From a virus (taxonomy: Duplodnaviria; Caudoviricetes), in IMG/VR virus record IMGVR_UViG_3300020190_004289, positions 1 through 62,123 of that record: DNA of 62,123 nucleotides; one strand, written 5' to 3'. Position numbers and translations under genes: made by a program. Shown here piece after piece: positions 27,133-37,828 of the stretch. Position 1 is the first letter of the stretch. Each line of letters starts with the position of its first letter. The notes below the pieces were generated by a model. The model ran no database searches and was not told the DNA's origin. It was given only the letters and a program-made list of their open reading frames with translations.

Positions 27133-28572
27133 ATGCCTACTACTAGAATAAAAGAAAAAATATCAGATTTAATAGCAAGTCAAGTACCCGAGTTTGTAAA
27201 TTCGGACTATCCTACTTTTGTAGCTTTTTTAGAAGCTTACTATAGATTTTTAGAACAAGATGAGCATGCACTAGAGTTGGTACAAAATGCTAGATCATAC
27301 AATGATATAGATAGAACTGCATCATCGTTTATATATTTTTTTATTAAACAATACGCATTTAATTTTCCTGTTTCGGCAGCAACTAACCAAAGATTTTTAT
27401 TAAAAAAGTTAGGAGATTTGTACGAATCTAAAGGAAGCGAATTATCGTTTAAATTGTTTTTTAAAATACTTTTTAACACAGATGTAAGTATAGAATATCC
27501 TTACGATTTCGTATTAAGATCGTCGGATGGTAGATGGGAGCAAAAAAATTCAATAAGAGTTGAAACAGTTTTTGGTAGTGTTTCAGATATAACAAATCGA
27601 TTTTTAACTTACACCAATCTCTTAAATCCTGTCAATAATCAAACCTATCAAACCTCTATAACCGAAATAAAAATTTTATCTAATAATTTAACCGAAATTT
27701 ATTTAGATAGAAAAAATATTGCTCCAGACTATCATTTAGAGGGACAAGTCATAGTCTATGATGAAGAAAACAATATAATTTTTATAGGAATTATTAAACC
27801 AACTGCTTTGTCTGTTAGTGTTAATAGCCCAGGCGAAGGGTTTAAAATAGGTCAAATATATTCTGTCAAAGATTCAAATGTACAAGGTACATTTCTTCAA
27901 ATTACATCATTAGATTCTAATTCCGGAATTTCGTCAGCAAAGGTAATTAATTTTGGTTTTGGTTATACTGGCAACCTTACTGTAGATTTAGATCCTAAGA
28001 AAAAATTTGCAGAAAACTTGCCAGTACCTAAACCTAATAACGTTTCTACTATTACTTTAAATGTTGGGTCGTTAAGTAAATATCCAGGTGAGTTTAAAAA
28101 AGTAAATGGTTTGTTGTCTGTGCCAGAGGTTTGTTTACCTGATGATAGATTATTTCAACCATTTTCGTATGTAACTAATACCGACTTAGATATAAAACGA
28201 TTTTATAGTTTAGCTAAAAATGTTGTTCACCCCGCCGGTAAACAATTATATAATAAAGTAAACTTTAAAAACGATATAAACGTATTAAGTTCTTTTGCTC
28301 TTGTACCTACTTCAAACATCTTTATTGACCTATATGATAAGATAGATTTCTTAGATACCGTCAGTATAGCTAAGCTCTTCAATAGAGCATTTAATAATAC
28401 AGCCAATATAATTGATCCTATAAGTTTGAATTTAACAAAGTCCAATATTGATTTGTCTGTAAGTCTTTCAGACTCAATTTTAATAGGAGCTTATTTAGAC
28501 GGTGTTAGTGGTACTTTCTTCGCAGAGGATTACACATCGGAGAATTATAATGGAGATGTAATTTATTTGTAA
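27133..28572 (+). CDS. Baseplate wedge subunit (gp7-like)
   Basis: LYESKGSELSFKLFFKILF, FQPFSY and VHPAG; follows gp6. Confidence 0.7.
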   Translation: MPTTRIKEKISDLIASQVPEFVNSDYPTFVAFLEAYYRFLEQDEHALELVQNARSYNDIDRTASSFIYFFIKQYAFNFPVSAATNQRFLLKKLGDLYESKGSELSFKLFFKILFNTDVSIEYPYDFVLRSSDGRWEQKNSIRVETVFGSVSDITNRFLTYTNLLNPVNNQTYQTSITEIKILSNNLTEIYLDRKNIAPDYHLEGQVIVYDEENNIIFIGIIKPTALSVSVNSPGEGFKIGQIYSVKDSNVQGTFLQITSLDSNSGISSAKVINFGFGYTGNLTVDLDPKKKFAENLPVPKPNNVSTITLNVGSLSKYPGEFKKVNGLLSVPEVCLPDDRLFQPFSYVTNTDLDIKRFYSLAKNVVHPAGKQLYNKVNFKNDINVLSSFALVPTSNIFIDLYDKIDFLDTVSIAKLFNRAFNNTANIIDPISLNLTKSNIDLSVSLSDSILIGAYLDGVSGTFFAEDYTSENYNGDVIYL

Positions 28573-28595
28573 TAAAATTTTACCGTAAATTTACA

Positions 28596-28602
28596 ATAAA
28601 TA
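28596..28602 (+). promoter_or_regulatory. Late promoter
   Basis: Intergenic ATAAATA. Confidence 0.6.
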
Positions 28603-28627
28603 TAGTATAGTCAATTTAGGAAAACAC

Positions 28628-29074
28628 ATGATAACCGAATCATTTACCGTCAAAGGCGAGTTAAACATTAAAGTCATAGATTCTTTTAATAATTTAAAAG
28701 ATGAAAGAAATATAAAAAACTTAGTTGTTTCTAGCGGCAAGAATTACATTTCTTCCCGTATGACTTCAAACTCATCTGTAGTAATGAGTCATATGGCTAT
28801 TGGAACTGCCAACGTAGCATCTTCGACTGGTCAGACACTTCTTTTGGGAGAGGTTGCAAGAGTAGCCTTAGATTCTTCAGTTATTACTAATAATACGGTC
28901 ACATACATTGGTACCTTTGGTGCTGGTGTTGGAACCGGAAGCTTACATGAAGCCGCTATTTTCAACGACTCTCTAGCCAACATAGGTACTATGCTATGTC
29001 GTACTAATTTCAATTCAGTGAATAAATCTGCTGGCGATATCATAGTTATTACATGGAATATAACCGTAGAATAA
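28628..29074 (+). CDS. Small baseplate/tail structural protein
   Basis: KNLVV..G, HMAIGT, EAAIFN and MLCRT..F..VNK. Confidence 0.7.
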   Translation: MITESFTVKGELNIKVIDSFNNLKDERNIKNLVVSSGKNYISSRMTSNSSVVMSHMAIGTANVASSTGQTLLLGEVARVALDSSVITNNTVTYIGTFGAGVGTGSLHEAAIFNDSLANIGTMLCRTNFNSVNKSAGDIIVITWNITVE

Positions 29075-29075
29075 T

Positions 29076-31229
29076 ATGTCATTTTTACTAAAAGACATTG
29101 CTCATACCTCTTTGGTTGATGCAGTATACAATGAAATACTTTCTAGCAGATCCAATTACTATTATTTTATTGGTGAGATTTTAGAGTGGGCTGACCCAAG
29201 CACTCCCGAAACTCCTTTAAATACTGGTACATATGAATATGATACACGCAATAAAATTCTTGCAGTCAAAAAAGTTTTAACCTCAGATATTTCATATGTC
29301 GTACCCAGAATAGATTGGTCGTCAAACGTTGTCTATGATCAATATGATCCAGATTATAGCCCTACATTTTTATCTAATACTGGAGCCAATTCCTTAAAAA
29401 CTTCTAGATTCTATATTTTAACTTCAGACTTTAATGTATATAAATGTCTTTATAATAACAAAGGTGCTAACTCAACAATACAACCTACCTTTACTGATTT
29501 GACAGCAGTTACTACTGCTGATGGCTATACGTGGAAATATCTCTATACAATTCCCCTATCTTTAAGAAATAGGTTTTTAACTGATGATTTAATGCCAGTT
29601 CAAACCTATCTAAACAATGCTTATTATTCAAACGGAGAAATTAGTTTAATTGTAATTGAGAATCAAGGATCGGGTTATCTCGGCAATGCTCAAACAACCT
29701 TAACAGTAAATGGTGTTTTTAGAGGATTACCGGGTAATGTTGTAGCCACTTTAGATCCTATTTTAAATAGTTCTGGATCTTTAGTTGGAGTAAAGATTAA
29801 AAATCAAGGCAATAATTACAGTTCTGCTAATATTAGTATAAACGACGTGACTGAGTTAGGCTCAAGTTTTTACAAGTCGCTTAAAACGGCTACTATTTTT
29901 AATGGTGGAAATTCTTATTCTAATAGTGGCATTACTTCAAACACTACAGCTAGACTTGTAACAACAGGGGTTTTTCAACCTAATGCTAATGCTGTTCTAA
30001 CATTAAATTTTTTAAACAATGTAGTTTCTGGTATTAACATTGTTTCTCCTGGTAATGGATATTCAACTGAAGTCATAGCCAATACAAGTATTAACATCTC
30101 AACATCAGGAAATCTTCAACCTGTAGCAAACGCTACTGCAAATATTACATTCAATAATACAGCTACTTTAACACCTATATTATTTAATGGAAAAGTTGAC
30201 AGAGTATTGATTAACGACCCTGGGGTGGGTTATAGTTCTAATCTACAAACAACAATTGTTGTGCAGGGAGATGGGTCTGGAGCTACTCTTGTACCATACG
30301 TAAACTCAGCCGGAGCGTTAGAAGATATAATTATTCAAACAAGAGGTAATGGCTACACTTATGTCGACTTAGAAATAGTTGGAGATGGTTCTGGAGCAAA
30401 CGCAAGAGCAGAACTTTCGTCATATGATTTAGATACTAATCAAGCATTGATAGAACTTTCTGCAGTAGATGGAGCAATTCACGCTTTTAGAGTTTTGAAT
30501 GCTGGTGATAATTATTTCAACGGAAATACAACGTTAACTGTTACTGGGGATGGAGAATCATTTACGGGAAATGTGGTTTTAGCTAATAATAATTCCATAA
30601 GCCACATAAGCGTTACTAATCCAGGATATGGTTATTCTTACGCAGATGTTACAATATCGGGCGTTGGTTCTAACGCAGTGGTCGAAGCTATAATTTCTCC
30701 TCCTAATGGTCATGGAAGTGATGGTGTAAATGAATTGTATGCAGACACTTTAATGTTTTATTCTACAATAAATAACGATAAGCTGCACAATATAAATATC
30801 TTAAACGATTTTAGACAGTTTGGGTTAGTAAAAAATATTAAACAATTTGCTAATTCAAGAGCATTTGCTAATGTTATTGGAACTTCTTGCTATTTAATTA
30901 CAGCTAACACTGTTGTAAATTCTCAATCCAATACTTTAACTAGAGACACTATTTTACAACTTAATGGTAATGCATCTAGAACCTTTGAAGTGGTTGAAGT
31001 CTTAAGCGCTAATAATCAAATATTAGTAAATGATCTTAGCAATTTTTTACTAACTACCGGTAATTCTTTTTATGACGCAAACACTGCATCTAATTTTGAT
31101 ATTTTAACTATCGACAAATATCCCGACATAAATAAATTTAGCGGCGAGCTATTTTTTATTGACAATAGAACTCAAGTAACTTATAGCGATGAACAACTTG
31201 TAACTTTTAGAACTACTATTAAACTATAA
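29076..31229 (+). CDS. gp8: Baseplate wedge gp8 with inserted repeat domains
   Basis: FNVYKCLYN, DGYTWKYLYTI, ISPPNGHG and DFRQFGL; GxGY repeats inserted. Confidence 0.88.
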   Translation: MSFLLKDIAHTSLVDAVYNEILSSRSNYYYFIGEILEWADPSTPETPLNTGTYEYDTRNKILAVKKVLTSDISYVVPRIDWSSNVVYDQYDPDYSPTFLSNTGANSLKTSRFYILTSDFNVYKCLYNNKGANSTIQPTFTDLTAVTTADGYTWKYLYTIPLSLRNRFLTDDLMPVQTYLNNAYYSNGEISLIVIENQGSGYLGNAQTTLTVNGVFRGLPGNVVATLDPILNSSGSLVGVKIKNQGNNYSSANISINDVTELGSSFYKSLKTATIFNGGNSYSNSGITSNTTARLVTTGVFQPNANAVLTLNFLNNVVSGINIVSPGNGYSTEVIANTSINISTSGNLQPVANATANITFNNTATLTPILFNGKVDRVLINDPGVGYSSNLQTTIVVQGDGSGATLVPYVNSAGALEDIIIQTRGNGYTYVDLEIVGDGSGANARAELSSYDLDTNQALIELSAVDGAIHAFRVLNAGDNYFNGNTTLTVTGDGESFTGNVVLANNNSISHISVTNPGYGYSYADVTISGVGSNAVVEAIISPPNGHGSDGVNELYADTLMFYSTINNDKLHNINILNDFRQFGLVKNIKQFANSRAFANVIGTSCYLITANTVVNSQSNTLTRDTILQLNGNASRTFEVVEVLSANNQILVNDLSNFLLTTGNSFYDANTASNFDILTIDKYPDINKFSGELFFIDNRTQVTYSDEQLVTFRTTIKL

Positions 31230-34200
31230 TGCCTACCATATACCCATCAGCTCCTTATTTTGACGATTACGATTCTACTAAACAATTTTATAGAATTTTG
31301 TTTAGACCTGGGCGTGCGGTACAAGCAAGAGAACTAACCCAACTACAAACTTTAATCCAAGGTCAAATAGAAAGATTTGGAAAAGGAATTTATAAAGAAG
31401 GATCTTTTGTAACTCCATCTGAATTAATTTTTGATAAAAGATATGCTTTTGTAAAACTTCAAACAACTCATGCATCCGTAAATGCTGATGATGTAATAGG
31501 AAATTTGTTAGATCAAGTAATTGTAGGACAAAATAATGGCGTAAAAGCTACTGTTGTAAATTTCACGACTTCCACACTCACAGATCCTCCTACCCTATTT
31601 GTAAAATATTTAAATTCAGGAAATGCTGGAGTATCTAAGACTTTTGCTAACAATGAAATTATTGTTAACGAGGATGGAGATATAAGTGTTAGATCTGCAA
31701 CTTCATCTGCTACAGGCAATGGAACAGCCTTTTCTGTAGGTGAAGGTTCAATATTTGTAAAAGGTGTGTTTGTAACTGTAAATTCTCAAACAAAAATTTT
31801 AGAAAAATATTCAGAAGTTTCTAATTCTATTATTGGACTTACTATTACAGAGAGCATTGTTACTTCTGAAAATGATTCAAGTTTATTTGATCCAGCTATA
31901 GATACCTACAATTACTTTGCACCTGGTTCAGATAGATATAAAATTGATTTATCTGTTTCTACAAGAAACTTTACTCCTCAAACCATTGATGATCCTAATT
32001 TTATTGAACTTTGTAGAATTGAAAATGGTACAATCATTGCTCTTAACAATGATCCTCAATTTAGTATTCTGGGAGACACACTTGCAAGAAGAACGTATGA
32101 TGAATCTGGGGATTACGTCGTAAAACCTTTCGAAATAAAACTTATTCAACATTTAAGAACTAGCCCAAATGCTAATTTATCTTTTAGCTCTGTAGATGGG
32201 GTATTTACCTCCGACCAGGGAGGAAATGATAATTTATTTGTTAATGTACTTTCTGCTGGTAAAGCATATATTAAAGGTTATGAGATAGATTCTCTCAAAA
32301 CAAGCTATATAAACTCAGAAAAAGCTAGAGATTTTATTTCTGTAAATAATTCTCCTATTGCTACTCCGATAGGAAATTATGTTTATGTTAGCAATGTTTT
32401 CTCCGCACCAACCCTGGATACTATTGCTAATGTAAGTATATATGATAGATACACTGAAGCAGATGGTGCTCCAAGTGGCAGTTTAATAGGAACTGCTCGA
32501 GCTCGTGGACTTGAATACTATTCCGGAACAGTGGGTACTGGTAGTGCCGTTTATAAACTTTACCTATTTGATGTACGGACTAATGAAGGTAAAACTTTTG
32601 TAGATAGTGCAAAGCAGATTTATTTTGACAATCAAGTAAATCCCGATTTTACAGCCAATATAGTATCAGTTAAAACATATCTTTCTGGTACAATAAATTT
32701 TACTACAGCTAATACAGATGTTTTTGGTGTAGGTTCTTTATTTTCTACAGAATTAAAAGTTGGAGATTATATAGATGCAGATACAGGCAACTCATCTGTC
32801 AGATTACAAGTATCTTCTATACTTAATAACAATTTTTTAAATGTAACTGGAGCTCCATCAGCCGCTAAAAACGGAGTAAAGTACACTATTGAAAAATCTA
32901 GAATAGAAGAAACTAAAAAAAATACTTACATATTTAAATTGCCTCAGGATGTAATTAAAGCTCTTGATCCAACTAGCTCTGAAACAATTTATAATGTTCA
33001 GAGACAAGTCGAGAGAACATTAGCATCTGGTCAAGTAACTTTGATTGCTGGAACCGATGAAGTATTTGCTCCTATCAGTTCAACAAATTATTCTATAATA
33101 GTTTCACAAAATTCTACTTCAGGACCTACCCCAGGAACTTACATAGATCCCAACACACCCGGTTTGCTCACAAGAGGGGGTACTCCGACGGGTAAAACTT
33201 TAATAGTTAATGCAACAACTGCAGGTTCGGGAGTTGGATTAAATGCTGGCCAAATCATTCAAATTATTGCTAATGTACAAAAATCTAATTCTGCTGCAGT
33301 AAGAAAAAATAAGACCTTGTTTTCTGACTACGAAGAATTTTTTGAGGATCAAGAAGATGCTACTCAATCCACAATATCATTAGGTCAAGCTGATGTTATT
33401 TTATTGAAAGAAGTTAGTATGTCAAAAACTGCTTTTGGAACATCCTATTCTTCGAGTGGCGCAGTAGACATAACTGACAGATTTATTTTAGATAATGGCC
33501 AACGATCTACCTATTACGACGTTGGTAAATTAAAACTTAAAACTAATGCCTCTAAACCTAGTGGACCAATAAGAGTAAAATATGATTATTTTGAACACGG
33601 TATTGGAGATTTCTTTTCTGTAGAATCTTATAGTGGAATAAATTATAAGGATATACCAACTTTTACTGACGGAAAAACTACTTATCAGTTAAGGGATTGT
33701 TTAGATTTTAGACCTAGAATAAGTGATTCAGGGGTAGATTTTATTTCCTCTGGTTCAAGTGCTTCAGAATTTATTACTCAACAAAACGATTTTACTACTG
33801 ATTATCAATACTACTTACCTAGAACTGATAAATTAGTTGTAGATAAAGATGGTACGTTTTCGGTAATAAAGGGTATCAGCTCTTTAAATCCACAAGAGCC
33901 TAACATACTCGATGATAGTGTGGCTTTATATGTACTTAAACAAAAACCCTATGTTTTTGATTTATATAAAGATATTGAAATTTTAAGTGTAAACAACAAA
34001 CGCTATACTATGCGTGATATTGGTAGAATAGAAAATAGACTAAAAAATTTAGAATACTATACATCGTTAAATTTACTTGAAATTGATGCTGAAAAATTTC
34101 AGATTAAGGATTCAGATGGATTTAATAGATTTAAAAATGGTTTTATTGTAGATTCTTTTTCCGGACACGGAATAGGAGATACATTAAATCCAGACTATGG

Positions 34201-35776
34201 TGCAGCTATTGATATGAATAAGCAAGAGCTAAGACCTCTATGTGAATTTCAAAGACTTCCATTGCTGGAAGTAAATACAACCAATGCTCAAAGAACATCA
34301 AATAATTATAGCTTGGTTGGTGATTTTTTTACTCTTCCTTACACCGAAGTAGCTTTTGCTTCTAACGATAAAGCAAGTAAAGCTATAAACATTAATCCTT
34401 TCAATACTGGAATATATACTGGTACTATGACCTTGTTTCCTGCCTCAGATTCGTGGTTTGAACAAAAAAGGCTTCCAGATGTATTAACAAACCTAGAAGG
34501 TAACTATAATTCTTTGGTAGCTGAATCCCAAGCTAAAGGTACATTTGGTACTGTTTGGGGTGCTTGGAAAGATTTCCATTTTGGTGTTGACGGAACTGTA
34601 TTAACTCAAAAAAGAGAAGGTTTAGAATATACTGTTAGAGAAAGAATTGATACAGTAACTAAAAATGACGTTGTTAAGTCAACATCTGTACTACCAAAAA
34701 TGAGGGATGTGGTAATATCAATAAGGTGTGAAGGTATGAAACCAAACACACTAGTCAATGTTTTTTTTAATAGTTATCCTGTCAATCCTTACTGCAATTT
34801 AGATTTATCCGAAAGGGCAAATGTTCTTTATCCAAATTTAGATGTATATGCACAGGGTAGAAACAACTTAGTTACTGACGAAACAGGCAAAATATTAATT
34901 AAGTTTAATTATACTACTGATGTTTTTCAATTTAATACTGGTAATTATACAATAAAAGTAACTGACTCTAGTTCTAACGATCCTGAAGACACGGAAACAT
35001 TTGCTGAAGCTGTATTTTCTAGTTCTGGTGAGCTTAGAAATATAGTAAACGAGGTTACCTCTACAAGAAATGCTGTCTTAGACTCTAAATCTGTTTCCGA
35101 ACAAAGACCAGTTGCAGCACCTAATCCATCAAAACCTCCTCCTCTCTTTTTTGTAGATTATTTGTATAGATACACTTTAGGAAGAGAGCCCGATAGAGAA
35201 GGTTATGCTTATTGGTCTTCACAGTTTAGAACATTAGGTTTAACAAATGCAGTTCTTAATGGAGCAGTTTGTTCTGCTGAATTAATTCTTAACGCAAAAG
35301 CTAACCCTAGCACTTTTACTGTTGGCTTTAATTTTGGAGAAGGTCCTAGTAAGGATAATTTCGGAGTAAGAGTTCCTCTGACGTTTAATTCTAATGCGAG
35401 AATAGTTTGGGACGCAGTTTTATTTTTTGCTGGAGTTGCGCTTCATAATGTATTGCGTAATATAGAACATCCAACTGACGATCTAAATTTAGTTAGAACT
35501 AGGCCGGGTTTTGATTACTTATGTTTTCATTACTATATTTCAGTAAAGGCAACGTTGCCTAGAAACGTCGCTGGCCATCCCGCTTCTGGGTGGACAGACG
35601 AACAAATTAGATTAGAAGCTTCTAAAGGTGTTGCTACTGCTGTAACCGTTGCTTTATGCAATCCCTTGGATGGATTTGATTGGAAACAGGATGCGTTAAA
35701 TGCTAAGGCTAACGGAATAGACCCTGCTGCTTATTGGATAAGTCCTACTAATTGGAGCACAGGCTCTCGGAAATAG
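31229..35776 (+). CDS. Large VrlC/DUF4815-like structural protein, N-terminal part
   Basis: PYFDDYD..FYRILFRPGRAVQARELTQLQ, LARRTYDESG, RYTMRDIG and RFKNGFIVDSF. Confidence 0.85.
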   Translation: MPTIYPSAPYFDDYDSTKQFYRILFRPGRAVQARELTQLQTLIQGQIERFGKGIYKEGSFVTPSELIFDKRYAFVKLQTTHASVNADDVIGNLLDQVIVGQNNGVKATVVNFTTSTLTDPPTLFVKYLNSGNAGVSKTFANNEIIVNEDGDISVRSATSSATGNGTAFSVGEGSIFVKGVFVTVNSQTKILEKYSEVSNSIIGLTITESIVTSENDSSLFDPAIDTYNYFAPGSDRYKIDLSVSTRNFTPQTIDDPNFIELCRIENGTIIALNNDPQFSILGDTLARRTYDESGDYVVKPFEIKLIQHLRTSPNANLSFSSVDGVFTSDQGGNDNLFVNVLSAGKAYIKGYEIDSLKTSYINSEKARDFISVNNSPIATPIGNYVYVSNVFSAPTLDTIANVSIYDRYTEADGAPSGSLIGTARARGLEYYSGTVGTGSAVYKLYLFDVRTNEGKTFVDSAKQIYFDNQVNPDFTANIVSVKTYLSGTINFTTANTDVFGVGSLFSTELKVGDYIDADTGNSSVRLQVSSILNNNFLNVTGAPSAAKNGVKYTIEKSRIEETKKNTYIFKLPQDVIKALDPTSSETIYNVQRQVERTLASGQVTLIAGTDEVFAPISSTNYSIIVSQNSTSGPTPGTYIDPNTPGLLTRGGTPTGKTLIVNATTAGSGVGLNAGQIIQIIANVQKSNSAAVRKNKTLFSDYEEFFEDQEDATQSTISLGQADVILLKEVSMSKTAFGTSYSSSGAVDITDRFILDNGQRSTYYDVGKLKLKTNASKPSGPIRVKYDYFEHGIGDFFSVESYSGINYKDIPTFTDGKTTYQLRDCLDFRPRISDSGVDFISSGSSASEFITQQNDFTTDYQYYLPRTDKLVVDKDGTFSVIKGISSLNPQEPNILDDSVALYVLKQKPYVFDLYKDIEILSVNNKRYTMRDIGRIENRLKNLEYYTSLNLLEIDAEKFQIKDSDGFNRFKNGFIVDSFSGHGIGDTLNPDYGAAIDMNKQELRPLCEFQRLPLLEVNTTNAQRTSNNYSLVGDFFTLPYTEVAFASNDKASKAININPFNTGIYTGTMTLFPASDSWFEQKRLPDVLTNLEGNYNSLVAESQAKGTFGTVWGAWKDFHFGVDGTVLTQKREGLEYTVRERIDTVTKNDVVKSTSVLPKMRDVVISIRCEGMKPNTLVNVFFNSYPVNPYCNLDLSERANVLYPNLDVYAQGRNNLVTDETGKILIKFNYTTDVFQFNTGNYTIKVTDSSSNDPEDTETFAEAVFSSSGELRNIVNEVTSTRNAVLDSKSVSEQRPVAAPNPSKPPPLFFVDYLYRYTLGREPDREGYAYWSSQFRTLGLTNAVLNGAVCSAELILNAKANPSTFTVGFNFGEGPSKDNFGVRVPLTFNSNARIVWDAVLFFAGVALHNVLRNIEHPTDDLNLVRTRPGFDYLCFHYYISVKATLPRNVAGHPASGWTDEQIRLEASKGVATAVTVALCNPLDGFDWKQDALNAKANGIDPAAYWISPTNWSTGSRK

Positions 35777-35789
35777 ATAAAAGGTTAAA

Positions 35790-37616
35790 ATGGCAACTCC
35801 TACTTACAGCGTAATTGATCCTATAGCACAATCCTTCTTTATTGATAAACCGTGCGTTGTCACAAAAATGGATTTGTTTTTTAAATCAAAAGACAATTTT
35901 ATTCCAGTTACTGTGCAGTTTAGAAAAAATCAACTAGGGGTACCTGGTCCATACATTATTCCTTTGTCCACTAAATTACTTTCTCCCAGTTCTGTATTAG
36001 TTTCTAGTAATGCAAATGTAGCAACTACTGTAAACTTTACTTCACCGATATTTTTAGATACTGGGGAATACTCAATTACATTAGGAACTACCTCTAAAAA
36101 ATATTCTGTCTGGATCTCTGAATTAAACTCCACAGATATAATTTCAGGTAAAAATATTACAGAACAACCTTATATTGGAAATTTGTTTAAAGGACAAAAC
36201 ATAACATCGTATACTCCTGTATTAACCCAAGATTTAAAATTTATACTTTACAGAGCATCTTACAATACAAGTGTGGTTGGATTTATAGATTTTAAAGTAC
36301 CTGGCTATCACAACACCACTAAGCTACTTGAAAATGATCCGTTAGAATTGTTTCCTAATAGTTCAATTATGAGAATTCATCACAAGGATCACCCATTCAC
36401 GAATCAATCATATGTAAGGTTATTAGGTATAGCAAATGCTTTTCCGTTTGGAAATGTTTTAAGTCCAACCATTTTTGGTGGTATAACATCAACGTCTATT
36501 GAGGGAAGGCATTTTGTTGTAAGTAACGTTAGGTCTGACTCTTATACCGTAAATCTTTCTGAATCCTCAACTGTTACTTCAGCATTTAGATTTGGTGGTC
36601 CTGCTATCGTAGTAGATAGTGATTTAAGATTTGATACTATCTACCCAAAAATACCACATATTAAACAATCTGGGAATATTTCAAGCTCATTTAAAGCTGC
36701 TTCTTTATCATATACTTTAGATTCGTCGTTTAAAACTTTAGCTGACGACGATAATGAGTTGGATTACACAAGAATAATTGCTAGCAATGTAAACACTACT
36801 TTTAGACTTTCTAACGCAACTCCGTTTGTATATAGGATAAACTTTTCTTCCAATAACACCCTCACATCTCCTCTAATAGATAAATCTCAAATTGCCGTTG
36901 TATTGGTTAATAATAAAATTAACTCTCCAAATATTATCACAGAAAATTTAAGATACGACAGAGCAAACGTAGCTGTTTTGTCAAAAGCTAATATATACGT
37001 GTTAAATGGAAATGTAGCTTTAATATCCTATGCGTCTGCAAATGTGAGCGAGATAAACAATGCTAAAAGTATTTTAAACGGTACTGATTTAGTTATTACA
37101 GGCTTAAATCCAAACAACGGTCAGTACAGAGTATTAGAAGTTTTAAACGGTGGTGCAAATATTAAAGTTCTAAAATTAGCTAATTCTATTTCAGTAGTTA
37201 CTGATGCTAATATACAAAACAACCATACTATTGTAAACGCTTCTCAATTTGTATATGAGGAAGCTGCTACTGGTGGAAGTGCAATTTCAAAATACATAAC
37301 TAAAAAAATAGATTTTGTAAATCCTTCAACCTCTATCAATATTAGAGCAGATGTTTCTCAGCCAACAGATACAGAAGTATTGTTTTATTTTAAAACTAAA
37401 TTAATTGGTGAAGCCGAAAGTTTTGATGTTAAAGAGTTTACCCAAGTAGAAAATGTTACAATTGCACCTTCACTTGATGGTAAATTTATTGAAGTTGAAA
37501 AACAAATAGATGCATTAGAGCCTTTTGATTCTTTAATAATTAAAATTGTATTTAAATCATCGCTCACTTATAAAGTTCCTAAAGTAAAAAATTTAAGGGT
37601 TATAGCTTTAGAATGA
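35790..37616 (+). CDS. VrlC/DUF4815-like structural protein, C-terminal part
   Basis: DPIAQSF, DLFFKSKD, QDLKFILYRA, SKYITK and terminal PKVKNLRVIAL. Confidence 0.8.
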   Translation: MATPTYSVIDPIAQSFFIDKPCVVTKMDLFFKSKDNFIPVTVQFRKNQLGVPGPYIIPLSTKLLSPSSVLVSSNANVATTVNFTSPIFLDTGEYSITLGTTSKKYSVWISELNSTDIISGKNITEQPYIGNLFKGQNITSYTPVLTQDLKFILYRASYNTSVVGFIDFKVPGYHNTTKLLENDPLELFPNSSIMRIHHKDHPFTNQSYVRLLGIANAFPFGNVLSPTIFGGITSTSIEGRHFVVSNVRSDSYTVNLSESSTVTSAFRFGGPAIVVDSDLRFDTIYPKIPHIKQSGNISSSFKAASLSYTLDSSFKTLADDDNELDYTRIIASNVNTTFRLSNATPFVYRINFSSNNTLTSPLIDKSQIAVVLVNNKINSPNIITENLRYDRANVAVLSKANIYVLNGNVALISYASANVSEINNAKSILNGTDLVITGLNPNNGQYRVLEVLNGGANIKVLKLANSISVVTDANIQNNHTIVNASQFVYEEAATGGSAISKYITKKIDFVNPSTSINIRADVSQPTDTEVLFYFKTKLIGEAESFDVKEFTQVENVTIAPSLDGKFIEVEKQIDALEPFDSLIIKIVFKSSLTYKVPKVKNLRVIALE

Positions 37617-37828
37617 ATAAATTAAAAGTAAAAGATTATCCTGGATTAGTAAGAGACTCTTCGTCGAAAGCTATTATAAATGTTGATCAATCGGCTTATT
37701 TAAAGTATAAAAATGAAAGAAATGTTCAACAAAAAATTTCTAATATGAGTACAGAAATTAATAATTTAAAACAATCTATGAATGAAATTAAAGATTTAAT
37801 TTCTCAAATTTTACAGAGAACTAATTAA
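37613..37828 (+). CDS. Small conserved coiled-coil protein
   Basis: KVKDYPGLVRD..SKAIIN, then a heptad coil. Confidence 0.75.
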   Translation: MNKLKVKDYPGLVRDSSSKAIINVDQSAYLKYKNERNVQQKISNMSTEINNLKQSMNEIKDLISQILQRTN

